The notes beneath the pieces are model-generated. The model was given only the letters and a program-made list of their open reading frames with translations. It did not search any database and had not been told where the DNA came from. DNA of 64,000 bases from NCBI GenBank assembly GCA_000002445.1, contig CP000070.1:544001-608000 (forward strand). The letters run 5' to 3'. Shown piece after piece: positions 45,157 to 55,447 of the stretch. The position numbers and the translations under genes were made by a program. The stretch comes from Trypanosoma brucei (Eukaryota). Within the stretch, counting starts at the first letter, position 1. Each line of letters starts with the position of its first letter.

Positions 45157-45816
45157 TCAGACTGCGAGTAAGGGAAGCATGATTTTACAAAATCCTGAAA
45201 AATTTATCTTACTCTCCCCTTCGTTCAGCAGACCAGCAGCGATACCGTGAGGACTAAGAATTGCTTCGGCCATTCCTTCGCTGATCGCGGCACCAGCAAT
45301 ATGATTACACGCCTCCACGAGGGCACTGCGTGTCATCATATGCCCCGAATCTGCCACACTAGTAAATACGCTGTAAAGGCAGCCCTGCGCCATTCGCTCA
45401 CGCCTTGCGGGTGACGCCCACAAACTATCTAAAACACTGCATACATCCTTCAGCGTTACGTACGACATTTCCGAAAGGGGACGTCCAACTGTCATTAGGA
45501 AGGCATCGCGAATTTCGCGTAAGCTGAGTGCACTTGGTCTCTCCCCCACTTTACCGTCTCCCATTGAATTAGCCGATGGAAACAGTGCGTAGAGTATGGA
45601 AAGTAGGTGCTGACGCGGTATGCGGCCGCTATCATCCTCGTCCCAAGCTATGAAAAGGAGCGAAGCCTGCTGTCTTTTAACCTCATGGAAGGAAAAAGTC
45701 CAGGTAAGAGGAGTTTTCTCTGTTGATTTGGTGGTCTTAACCTTTTTCGCTTTTCCCTTCTTTATTGTACTGTTCACCTTTGCGGTTTTCATTGTAGCGT
45801 ACAGACAAGCACACAA
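45157..45816 (-). CDS. Hypothetical protein, 219 aa, lysine-rich N-terminus; possible degenerate EF-hand-like loops
   Basis: Minus-strand ORF. The segments WDEDDSGRIPRQH and NEGESKINFSGF resemble non-canonical EF-hand loops, weakly. A likely alternative start is at MKTAKVN. Confidence 0.45.
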   Translation of the reverse strand: MCACLYATMKTAKVNSTIKKGKAKKVKTTKSTEKTPLTWTFSFHEVKRQQASLLFIAWDEDDSGRIPRQHLLSILYALFPSANSMGDGKVGERPSALSLREIRDAFLMTVGRPLSEMSYVTLKDVCSVLDSLWASPARRERMAQGCLYSVFTSVADSGHMMTRSALVEACNHIAGAAISEGMAEAILSPHGIAAGLLNEGESKINFSGFCKIMLPLLAV

Positions 45817-46575
45817 TCCTTCCCGTCCCCGCTTCCCTCACTAACCGAAGCAACAAAAGCAAATGTCAGATATGAGGGGGAAAAGGTACAACGATGCGAT
45901 TATTCCCATTTTGAAGGAAGTATAATCAAAAAAGCTGCACCGAAACAATGCGACGGCCATACACTAACGCGCATGGATTGCAAGCGCCTCAAAAAGTGGG
46001 CCAAAAAAACACCAGTCGTGATTAAGTTAAATGTAACTGAAGTTTGAGATCCCAAACGGCAATTGCTCTTCCTTTCTATATTCCATTCCTTCACCGCCTG
46101 CTCTCCATCCGGTCATCTTTCCCAGAAGAGCATCCACAAAACGGATCCTTCCACACTCACACACACAAACACAGGCACACAATCCAGCCAACCAAAAAAG
46201 ACGTGATAGACTGCTATTTCCCTTCCTTATCTTTTCCCCCCTTTTTAAACAAAAGTGATTGACGCCGCACCTCTGGTGTCTTTAACTATTATTTTTTCGC
46301 GAACGTTGTTGCAACGCTCGCAATTGGTGCATACACCTGTATTATGTGAGGTACCCCGTTTCCGTCGGTGGCCCCACTGTTGTGACTTTGACCTCTTCGC
46401 ACCCCGCTGAGTGCCAACTGCAACTACTCATCTCCTTTTTTTTTAATCCATGCAGGAACACACCCGCAGCCACTCGGACGAGAGAAGCGGACGACACAAC
46501 CAATGAGTAAATGTCGGTGGCTTGAAAATATACGGAAATTGCAAGTTATTTTAACGGTTTCCGTCACGGCGTGGT

Positions 46576-49500
46576 TCATGACACGAGTCCAGCGGAGCGA
46601 GCTCGAAGCCACGACATCAACAACTGTTGCTCAGCATTGTCAAAAATACCGGCACACGCTTTGGCGGTCGCTGTTGCACAACCCTCACCTCGCCCCGTTG
46701 CCGCCAAAAGGATGCGACCAATAGCCGTAACCTCCAAGGCCCGTGCCACCTCCAGCTCACTTGTGCCCTCCCTCTTTATCTGAAGTAAAACCTCGCCGTC
46801 GTGTTGTTTTGCTCTACGCGCAATTTGCGTAAGAAGATCCTTACGCAATTCCTCCTCCACTAGGCAAACAACTCCTGTTGCAGACATCCAGGCATCTGGC
46901 GACGGTAGCTGCAATAAACGCTGGACCAACTCTGCAGGACCCAATACAACATTCTTCGTATCCGGCATCAAAAATCGCTTTTGTGCAGCTACCACCGCCG
47001 TATCTAGTTCCAAACCGTAATATGACGAGGAATTACCGGATCCAGAAGCAACCCATGCAAGCCTGGACAAAGCCAGGCAACGTGAACGGTGCGTAACTAG
47101 ATCGTCGCCGTAAAGGAAATAAGATGCCGATGATGATGAAGGTAGTCGTGCACCTTCCTCGACTAATGAGTAGAAAGCTTGCGGCCTCATCAACCACAAC
47201 AACTGTGGCGCTTCCTTAGCAAGGAACTCATCGCGCGCAACTGCGCCCGCTTCGTACTGAGGAAGAAGTTCTGGTAAGAGCTGCAATTCCCATTCGCGGC
47301 GTTGGGTCAACAGCGTGCGGAGGGCAACCTCGAATATTTTCGGGTTTCGCTCACAGTATAGGCCGAGCCTATCATACTTGCCGCTAGGTTGCAGTGGGTT
47401 CTCCACTGGCTCAGCAAGGCAAAATGCGGAAACAACATCATCAACTACAAAATCTAACGCGAGTTCTTCGCATAAACGGAGAACACACGCCCCCACAGTC
47501 GTCTCAGTAGGGACCGGTGCGCCAAACGGGTAACCAAGTGGTTCTATCAGGAATGGCTCACGGAAGAGAGTGCTGCGCATGGCACTCGCGAAAAAGGTGG
47601 GACCACCTTCTGAATGGTTACGAAATGTGAAGTGAATGATCACAGCAATGAAATCCAGCAACCGTAGCTGGTCCTGCACAGGTACTAACCAAGACGAAAG
47701 CTCTGACGTATTCATCTTTTCACTTAACGGGTCAGCTGGTGCCGACATAGTTTCCATTTCAGATTTGCTCCACATCAACGAACCTGCCAGTGCATCTGAA
47801 AAGCACTTCGCGGCACTCGACAAGTGAAGCTGAATGCCATAATCACTCGCATCAGAACTTGTCCACATTAATGCTCGCACATTTTGGGGAATGGGACACA
47901 AACTCTCAATATCCTCACGAGACTCATCAATTGCCCGGGCTACAAGAACAAAGACTGATGCGACCGATAAAGCATCGTCGAATTTCGAGCGCCTGTCAAT
48001 CAACACACTGCCCTGAGTTTCATGGAGATTGTCACAAAGTACCTGTAGCAGCTGACTTAGTCGACTTGGGTCCCCAAAGACGATCTCCGCAGAAGTAGCC
48101 TGCGCACACATTGAGTTTGCGCTGGAGAGCTCACTTCGTGCTTGATCTGCAACGCAATTGATAGCTCTCCGCAAAAGCAGTTGGCACCGTTCACGCTCCA
48201 CAGCACTGCGCACCAACCGTCGGTAGTCTTCCACCGAACAACTGTCTCCATTTTGTGATAAGTTAGCCGCGAGCAGGGAGCTGTTGATGTTGTTACTACC
48301 TGCAGAAGCAAGTTGATAGAGTGGTGTCATTACTTCGAACCCCTCCACTGTTGTGGTTGCAGATGATGAACAGTGGGTTGTGTCATTCTGTAGCCGTCTA
48401 ATGGCAACCATTACCAGAAGCGCCTCCTGCATCGATAGGAGTCTGGCAATGGTTTGCGGTTGAAGGCGAAGTGCAATTTCCTTGTGAAGCAGCACAGTCA
48501 GAAGGAAGCGACGGTGTTCTTGCTGCCTCTGCACTACGCTATGGGTTACGTGCATAATAATGTTGTCATCCTCTATATTGAGGTCAGCCCGTGCCCAATT
48601 GCCCTTGTGGGGGGTGCTGTAGAGGCAAATGGCCTCACCCGCGTCCAGAACGGCAGAATCAATGGACATCTTACAGTCGATGCGGAGGCTATCCAGGAGA
48701 TTATTGAGGAGGCGAGTAACGTCATTAAGACCATCACGGCCTCCGGTAAAGCGTGATTGTTTCCATGCATCACTATTTTGTCGTATCCCGCTGCCTCTGC
48801 TGCCTCGGTCGTCGGCGGCCTCTCTAGAATCCTCCGCAGCCTCATGCAGTAACTCATCAGCTCTGGTGTTGGAGACTACTGGTCCGTTGATTCCCATCGT
48901 AACAATATGTCCATCCGGAAGAAGCGCACTCACAATAGGGAATTCAACGTTTCTCAACATGTGCACATCCTCACTGGAACAAGGATTTCGCACACCTAAA
49001 TCATTGTTTAGAAACACACAGCATTGCCCCGAAAGAATGGTTATCATATGCGAAGACTCATCCAAATAGATTTTCGTGTGGTGCAACGGTGCGCTGGCCA
49101 CACTGTGTGCAAGCAGCGCGATAGACTGCATACTGACCACCCGTCGCACAGCGCCCGTGCTCGGCTCCATTGTTACGACTTCCAAACTAGCATCCCAGCG
49201 GCTGCAAGAAAACAGATACACCAGGCAACACAAAGACAACGGAGTTTCGTCAAATGCCACTACGCGCCCTCGCCGCTGTAGCACCGAGGAAATGTTTGTA
49301 ATCCACTTGGCTCGTATACCACCCTCTGCGCTGCCGTTATTTTTCGGGCGTCGTCGTCGCAGAGGGCCAATATCTAGGAGAAAGAACTCCGATGCTGCAT
49401 TTACTGCCCATAGTTGTGTTGGGTGCTCCCCCCGAAATCGCAGCAACGTAAACTCCAGCCTGCTTCCGTCTGCTTCGTCATTGTTACTTTCCCTACTGTC

Positions 49501-50214
49501 CGTTGAGAGCAACCGTTTTGGTAGAAAGGAACTCCACCAAGAACCTCCAGATGACGACGTTGACGTCCGGACAGACACATTACAAGAGGTACGTTCAAAG
49601 CTAATCACGAAGCGCTCACCATCAATTTTAATTGCAACAAATATCGCGCCCGACAACGTACCCACAGCCGTCAGCGTTGCCTGCTGCTCCCTCCTGCAAG
49701 CGAAAGCCGAAACCTTAACGGGTTCATTTTCAGTGCTTACCTGAAACTCGACAGAGTGGTCAAGACTCGACACAACACCGTAATCTGTGCAAAAGGCAAT
49801 TGATTCGTCGTTCGGCCCAAGTTCCGTAACAAACAGTGGAAGACCTTCACTCTCCGTAAAAAAAGGAATATGGGCGACACGAGGGGCAGTGCGGTGCCAA
49901 AAAGGTTTTCGCATATCCCACACACGTAATAGCCGCGTGTTCTCATCAACCATCCAACAACTGTTAGTACCGATGCCGGACAGAAAGATGGAGGGCCGAA
50001 CAGACACACCACCAACACGTATATCGGCTTCAGCAATTGTGACAGGTCGCACCTGACCGACGGGGAAAGGACTAACAGCAGTAACAGATGGAGTTGTGAG
50101 CTGACTGACATCACACCCCAGCTCAGTGCTTCCAAGAGGAGAGCGCTCCGTACGAGCAGCCTTAGCAGGAGGAAGGAAAGCGAACATTAAATTACCCAAA
50201 TGGAAGGTAACCAC
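46576..50214 (-). CDS. Large hypothetical protein, 1212 aa, N-terminal region of beta-strand-like composition followed by a long helical C-terminal region
   Basis: Long minus-strand ORF. The N-terminal 450 aa or so are rich in short hydrophobic/polar alternations (VGTLSGAIFVAIKIDGERFVISFERTSCNVSV). The C-terminal 700 aa or so are rich in Leu/Ala helices. This would be compatible with a beta-propeller plus alpha-solenoid scaffold, but that is inference only. Confidence 0.7.
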   Translation of the reverse strand: MVTFHLGNLMFAFLPPAKAARTERSPLGSTELGCDVSQLTTPSVTAVSPFPVGQVRPVTIAEADIRVGGVSVRPSIFLSGIGTNSCWMVDENTRLLRVWDMRKPFWHRTAPRVAHIPFFTESEGLPLFVTELGPNDESIAFCTDYGVVSSLDHSVEFQVSTENEPVKVSAFACRREQQATLTAVGTLSGAIFVAIKIDGERFVISFERTSCNVSVRTSTSSSGGSWWSSFLPKRLLSTDSRESNNDEADGSRLEFTLLRFRGEHPTQLWAVNAASEFFLLDIGPLRRRRPKNNGSAEGGIRAKWITNISSVLQRRGRVVAFDETPLSLCCLVYLFSCSRWDASLEVVTMEPSTGAVRRVVSMQSIALLAHSVASAPLHHTKIYLDESSHMITILSGQCCVFLNNDLGVRNPCSSEDVHMLRNVEFPIVSALLPDGHIVTMGINGPVVSNTRADELLHEAAEDSREAADDRGSRGSGIRQNSDAWKQSRFTGGRDGLNDVTRLLNNLLDSLRIDCKMSIDSAVLDAGEAICLYSTPHKGNWARADLNIEDDNIIMHVTHSVVQRQQEHRRFLLTVLLHKEIALRLQPQTIARLLSMQEALLVMVAIRRLQNDTTHCSSSATTTVEGFEVMTPLYQLASAGSNNINSSLLAANLSQNGDSCSVEDYRRLVRSAVERERCQLLLRRAINCVADQARSELSSANSMCAQATSAEIVFGDPSRLSQLLQVLCDNLHETQGSVLIDRRSKFDDALSVASVFVLVARAIDESREDIESLCPIPQNVRALMWTSSDASDYGIQLHLSSAAKCFSDALAGSLMWSKSEMETMSAPADPLSEKMNTSELSSWLVPVQDQLRLLDFIAVIIHFTFRNHSEGGPTFFASAMRSTLFREPFLIEPLGYPFGAPVPTETTVGACVLRLCEELALDFVVDDVVSAFCLAEPVENPLQPSGKYDRLGLYCERNPKIFEVALRTLLTQRREWELQLLPELLPQYEAGAVARDEFLAKEAPQLLWLMRPQAFYSLVEEGARLPSSSSASYFLYGDDLVTHRSRCLALSRLAWVASGSGNSSSYYGLELDTAVVAAQKRFLMPDTKNVVLGPAELVQRLLQLPSPDAWMSATGVVCLVEEELRKDLLTQIARRAKQHDGEVLLQIKREGTSELEVARALEVTAIGRILLAATGRGEGCATATAKACAGIFDNAEQQLLMSWLRARSAGLVS

Positions 50215-50765
50215 AATTTCTCCCGCTTCAAAGCCGTTTCCTTTATATATATATCTTCAGCTTTAAAACCCACTGAGCACACCTCACTCTCAGTACACTC
50301 TGTTCCCTGAAGCTGTTGCCTCTTCGTGTCCCTCTGTTCTAAACAAATGACTACGATTTCGTCCACAAGCCCGTGTGCTCCCCTGCGTACGAACTGCTCC
50401 ACCAAACCTTAACTTTGTGATTCCCCACGAAAAGCAAAAGCAAAAGTGGTACGAAAAAAAAGAAGAAAAAGAAGGAATACATATATGTAGTAGTTTAGGA
50501 GAGGAAATTATTGTGACATAGTGTGTGTTTAAGGGGGGGGGGGGGTCGCCGCGACGGGGGCGTGCACGAACGCTGCAGTGGTTAAAACGGGGAAACTTCG
50601 AACAGTGAGCGCTCGAATTGAAGATCTAACACACACTAAACGATTGGTGGTAAAAATATCCCATATCATTCCACCTTTTGGTGGTGACATTTTCAGCCGC
50701 AGCCGGTGTGCTACTTTGTGAACCCTCACCTATGCGTATGTGTGTTCTATCAGCCCGCAATACGT

Positions 50766-52070
50766 CTATCTCTCCTCTGCAGGATCTCGCCCCATTTCCT
50801 GCAGCATACGCTGTAAAGGTGCCAACCACTTTTCATCCATATGACGGTGCAGTAGCATATCCTGCAGTTTGGGTGGATCACTTACAGGGTCGAATGTTGG
50901 CACGTTATCCCACTCCAATGGGCAGCACAACGAACCCGTAGCAGGGTGTACACAAAAGGGTAGCTTCAACAAGTGGTCACGGCGCGTACTCACGTGCTCA
51001 TCCAACCGGGGGTACATGAGTAGAATTTGGGCAGCAGCGATCACATTCGTCGCCGCGTCTCCAAGTGTCCGCAGAACATATGTCCAGTCGAGGATATTCC
51101 CCTCCTCAAATGGTACGTTCCGCAAAAAACGCTGTTCGACATCGCGGCGTGTGCCCATTTTTAGTGCCGAAACAATCGCCTTATAGACAATTCGAGCACC
51201 CTTCGGGTGAGTAACGCGGTTTGGATTTTCCGGAGTAGAGTTGAGAAACAGCGATGTGAAGGCTGGATCAAGTACTGTGGCCTGCACATGTTGGATGGTG
51301 GGATGAATAGGTTTGCCGTTTACAAAGTCTGCCACGACTGCATGCTGTGATGCTTTGGGCACAACAACGGTAAGGTAAGATACAAGAGCTGACCGCTCGT
51401 CATCGTGCATTTTGCACGCACGCTTATCACACACCCAAAGATGAATTCCACGGCGACCAGAGAACACAGGAAACAGATACCGGAACCCAAAATCATCCTC
51501 CAGCACCTTCCGCAACACAGCTGCGGCACACGACATCCACGTCCAGCACCACCGGCATATAGATTTTCCAGTACAACAAGAACGAGAATTGTCGTAGTCG
51601 CTCATATCGATATCAAACACGAGCTCACGCTCCACCGGAACAATTGTCCCCACTTTCTGCTTTTGGTTTGGACGAATGTTGTAGACGGCCCCGACGTCAA
51701 TTTTCTCCGGAAACGAACGGATGAGCTCACGACGAAGTTCCGTTACACTACTGTAACTCCTAAAGCGTGTGAAAATATCTCCCAGTAAAGTGAAACAGAA
51801 TTCGCGGCGCGCCAAATATCCATCTGCACTACTAGTACTTCCCCGGCCCCCTTCAGTAACATCCTCCCCCGTTGATGGCAACACCTTAGGATCGTTACCG
51901 TTTGCAACGCTACCTGGTGGGGAAGAGATGATCTTGTCCGCATGTTGAAGGTTATATGACAACCACTGCACCACAAGGTCTACGGGATATACGAATTCGT
52001 AGAATTCTCGTAGCGATGTTTCGTCTATCATAGCAGAACTTAATATCTTCCCAATTAAGTCTTTAAACAA
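50766..52070 (-). CDS. PRI1: DNA primase small (catalytic) subunit, archaeo-eukaryotic primase PriS/Pri1, 434 aa
   Basis: There is a strong match to eukaryotic PRIM1: [67 protein letters not shown] versus human [34 protein letters not shown]...[23 protein letters not shown]. The catalytic D-x-D and the zinc-knuckle cysteines are conserved. Confidence 0.9.
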   Translation of the reverse strand: [434 protein letters not shown]

Positions 52071-52135
52071 GCGAGGAGAACAGAAAAAATACCGGTGAGA
52101 AAAAAGGGGAAAGTGACTTTATTTTTTGTTTTTCA
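52071..52135 (-). promoter_or_regulatory. Sense-strand polypyrimidine tract upstream of the primase gene (candidate trans-splicing signal)
   Basis: The plus strand here is purine-rich (aaacaagcgaggagaacagaaaaaataccggtgagaaaaaaggggaaagtg), so the minus sense strand is CT-rich. It lies directly 5' of the ATG at 52070. Confidence 0.35.
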
Positions 52136-52568
52136 CTCCAAAATCCGTGCGTCACCGACCTACAATGGAACGTTCCACGAGCAAAGAGGAAAGTACGGCT
52201 GACACAATTTTTTTAAAGGGTGCAAGCAAAAACAAGGCACCGTCCGAAACAGGAGGTAAGGGGAAAGTACCGCACCGCTACGAAGAAACACGTTAAATGG
52301 AAACTTCGTGAACACGCAAATAATAGCACAAGTGATTCGGATAAAGGTACATAGGAATACAGGTTATACATTCGGGTTGTGTGGTACGTAGGGAAACACA
52401 AAAAAAGATCTAAAAAGATAATGGGGATACTTGAGCATGCCAACACACCGCTCCCTCGTGCGCACCCCCCCCCTCCCTAATCCCGTTTTCTTTAGTCTTG
52501 TTCCACAGGGACACTTCATCCCCTCACCCCTTCGGTGGCGAACAAACGTTAGTGTGACACATCGCGTA

Positions 52569-54386
52569 TCACTTGACACGACTGCAACCCTCGTGTGATT
52601 TCTGCCGCATGTTGCTCGCATCATTCAGAACATCGTTTACCAATGTTTTACGATATTTGCTCCATTTCCGTTGTCTCTCGTAGTGGATCTCAATGTCTTC
52701 ACGGGATGGATATCCATTGGCAAACTCCTTCAACTGGGCATACTCACGCGCACCAAAGAGTTCCCTGCAACGATCGTAAGGTAACATGTAAAAAACACAT
52801 GGGCATCTTGTGTACACACTCGCCTGTCGCCCCATTGTAGGCTGTGGAAACATAGAAAATTTATTGGTTGGTTCTAAACCGAGGGCGAATGATGTAGGAT
52901 CTCCTTCGATCCCCCTTGGTGATGGTGATCCACTGGAAAGAGGTTGCAACACTTTCTGCAACGGCAACTCCCCATCTAAGGGTGCATAATCGGTCGGCGC
53001 ATCCTTTGCAGCAGCAAGTGTGTTTCGCCAGTAGGCCTCAGACCGGATTTTCTCTACGTCAGGTTTCCTATCAACCTCATGACTAAGTAACCCCAATTCC
53101 CCAAAGAATTCACCCTCGCGCAACGTGGCGACCTCCACAAATTTCATAGTCTGCGATGGCAAATTGTGTTGTTGGCCGCGTGGTACTGACGAGGGAAAGT
53201 GGCCAAACGATGTCACCGATTCATTGAGTTGGCGTGACTGCCTCGCTTTTGCACCAGTAGAGGGAAAACAGGTAACACTGCCCTCATGCACTCGTCTACC
53301 GTAGCGCGCGCGACCACGTGGTAGTGGTACATTACGAACAACTACGCATTGCCCCTCTTTTATAAAGTACATAGCATCCGATTCCATATCCTGCTCAACT
53401 ACCATTTGTCGCCAGGATACACGCAGCGGCACAAGTGCACGGGCACATCTTTCGTATTCTTGCGGTGTCCAGTGCGTTAAAACTTTCACACGAAGATGCT
53501 GCTGCAGAAAGGTGGTCTGTTCTTGCACCAGGCGCTTGTCCAGACGTTTGAGCACTCCGTCCATCACGTATTCCTTGTTCCTTGGGAAGCAAAGAAGTAC
53601 GCAATCTGAACATGTTTGGTAGTAGGCATCCTCCGGTAGAGCTGCTAGTGTCGTCGGAAGACCAAACATCTCGTACGGTTCGACAAGTGCATCCATTGGG
53701 CATTTAAACGGGAGGCGCAGTAAAACATTACCACGTAGTAAAACGTAAACGTACCTCGCCATATCATGCCTCGCGCTACTTTTCGAAGGAGAACAACTAC
53801 TGTCATCCCGTCCCTGCTCTGATGCTTCTTGCGCGCTAGTTACCTCCCTCTCTGCTTTTGGTGCCAAGTCCACATCAGAACTCCAGCCGGCGGTTGTGGC
53901 AGTGTCCTCATTTACCACCAACGAGTAGCGGTCAATGTAATCCATCGTTTCTACGTTTGCCTCGGTTTTCCGAGGTTGGTTCCCCGCAAGCACCACACCA
54001 TCACCCACGTGTGCTATTCGCATCGTTGAGGACATGGTCTCTAAGTCTCTTAACGAAAGATCCTTTAGTCTCGGAATCCGCCGCAGCATATTGACGGCAA
54101 GTTCTTTGCTAGAGTCTGTGCGGTACACAAAAGGATGCTCAAGACTGCGTTCCACAGCCATCCACAACTCACGTTCCTGACGCTCCTGTTGAGAAATGCG
54201 CTCCATCGTGTTGCATGCCTTGGGTTTGGCACGTCTTGCCCCCGCAGTCGCAACTCCTGGAATTAATGGAAATTGGGTTCCTTCTGCCGCCGCAAGCGCA
54301 CCATTGCATGCTCTTTTCTCCGCATTTTCCAATGCCTCATTCAATATACGCCTCTCGGCTGGTGTGAGCTGATTGACGATGCTCAT
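52569..54386 (-). CDS. Protein with two cyclic-nucleotide-binding-like (cNMP) domains, 605 aa, no kinase or other catalytic domain recognised
   Basis: The second domain reads AMYFIKEGQCVVVR ... FVEVATLREGEFFGELGLLSHE, a typical beta-roll plus G-E-x-F-G-E-L-x-L motif, with an insertion. An earlier domain reads MRIAHVGDGVVLAGNQ ... YEMFGLPTTLAALPEDAYYQTCSDCVLLCF. The phosphate-binding-cassette arginine is not clearly conserved. Confidence 0.65.
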   Translation of the reverse strand: MSIVNQLTPAERRILNEALENAEKRACNGALAAAEGTQFPLIPGVATAGARRAKPKACNTMERISQQERQERELWMAVERSLEHPFVYRTDSSKELAVNMLRRIPRLKDLSLRDLETMSSTMRIAHVGDGVVLAGNQPRKTEANVETMDYIDRYSLVVNEDTATTAGWSSDVDLAPKAEREVTSAQEASEQGRDDSSCSPSKSSARHDMARYVYVLLRGNVLLRLPFKCPMDALVEPYEMFGLPTTLAALPEDAYYQTCSDCVLLCFPRNKEYVMDGVLKRLDKRLVQEQTTFLQQHLRVKVLTHWTPQEYERCARALVPLRVSWRQMVVEQDMESDAMYFIKEGQCVVVRNVPLPRGRARYGRRVHEGSVTCFPSTGAKARQSRQLNESVTSFGHFPSSVPRGQQHNLPSQTMKFVEVATLREGEFFGELGLLSHEVDRKPDVEKIRSEAYWRNTLAAAKDAPTDYAPLDGELPLQKVLQPLSSGSPSPRGIEGDPTSFALGLEPTNKFSMFPQPTMGRQASVYTRCPCVFYMLPYDRCRELFGAREYAQLKEFANGYPSREDIEIHYERQRKWSKYRKTLVNDVLNDASNMRQKSHEGCSRVK

Positions 54387-55447
54387 CAGTTAGTGTCGCT
54401 GTGAGTGTCTATACTTAACAAAATACACACGAATGTGCGCAGGAGTTCTTGTTCCTAGTTCTCAGTTCCTGCTTCTGCAACTCCAAACAGGAAAAAAAAG
54501 GAAGTACAAAAACACTCGGTACGTAGGCGACCGTCAATACACAAACAAGGAAGAGCACACGGCGAAATATGCCACAGTAAAAAGAAAAAAAAAGAACACA
54601 ACTGTTTCGTGAATAAATTGAACTTCTGGAACAGCATTCAATGGGAGGAAATCTATGAACTAATTTGTCAGAAACGATCCAACTTAGCGCCCATTTGGTA
54701 TCACAAAGTAATGGAAACTTATACGACATGAACCACCTTCGCAAAACAAAACGCCGGTATCTCAAAAATATCTAGAATACCTCTTTCCTACAAAATAAAC
54801 GTAAATTTACTGCACAACACACAATACCAAATAAGAAATCATCCCAAACGTCCCCCTACCAACTGAGTGACACGATCAAACAGTTTAGAAATTAATGATT
54901 GAGATTTTTAAAATGTCAAAGGGGGATTGACGCAAATAACAAACCACAACACCATGGAATTTTAACGTACAAAAAAAGCACTTGTCATTGAGCCTAACGT
55001 CAAGAAGGGTCACAGCACTTATACCTGCAAAAAGGCTGAGAAATAAATCAAATAAAACAATAACAACAACGAGAACATCAATAAAGTGCAATGTGTCATA
55101 ATGAACAGTGGGCACCCAACCAATACAACCCAACAATCATCACACAAAACTTTACATCACTCACCCCAAAAAGGACCCTTTTCGGTTTTTTGAATATAGA
55201 AAATGCACATAAAAAACAAAGATATGACTAAACAGCACGACATCATTAACAGAGAAAGTGAGGTAAGAGCGAAAATAACACAGATATTAACAATTCAAGA
55301 AGAGAAATTACAAAACTTCAAAAAAAGAAAAAGTTTGCGGTCAAGGAAAAGGGACACAAACACATCCAAAACTATGCTCAATACACAAGAAAACATCTAA
55401 AAAATATTCTAGCAGTAACACAAAGTATAGAAAAAAAAATCACGATC

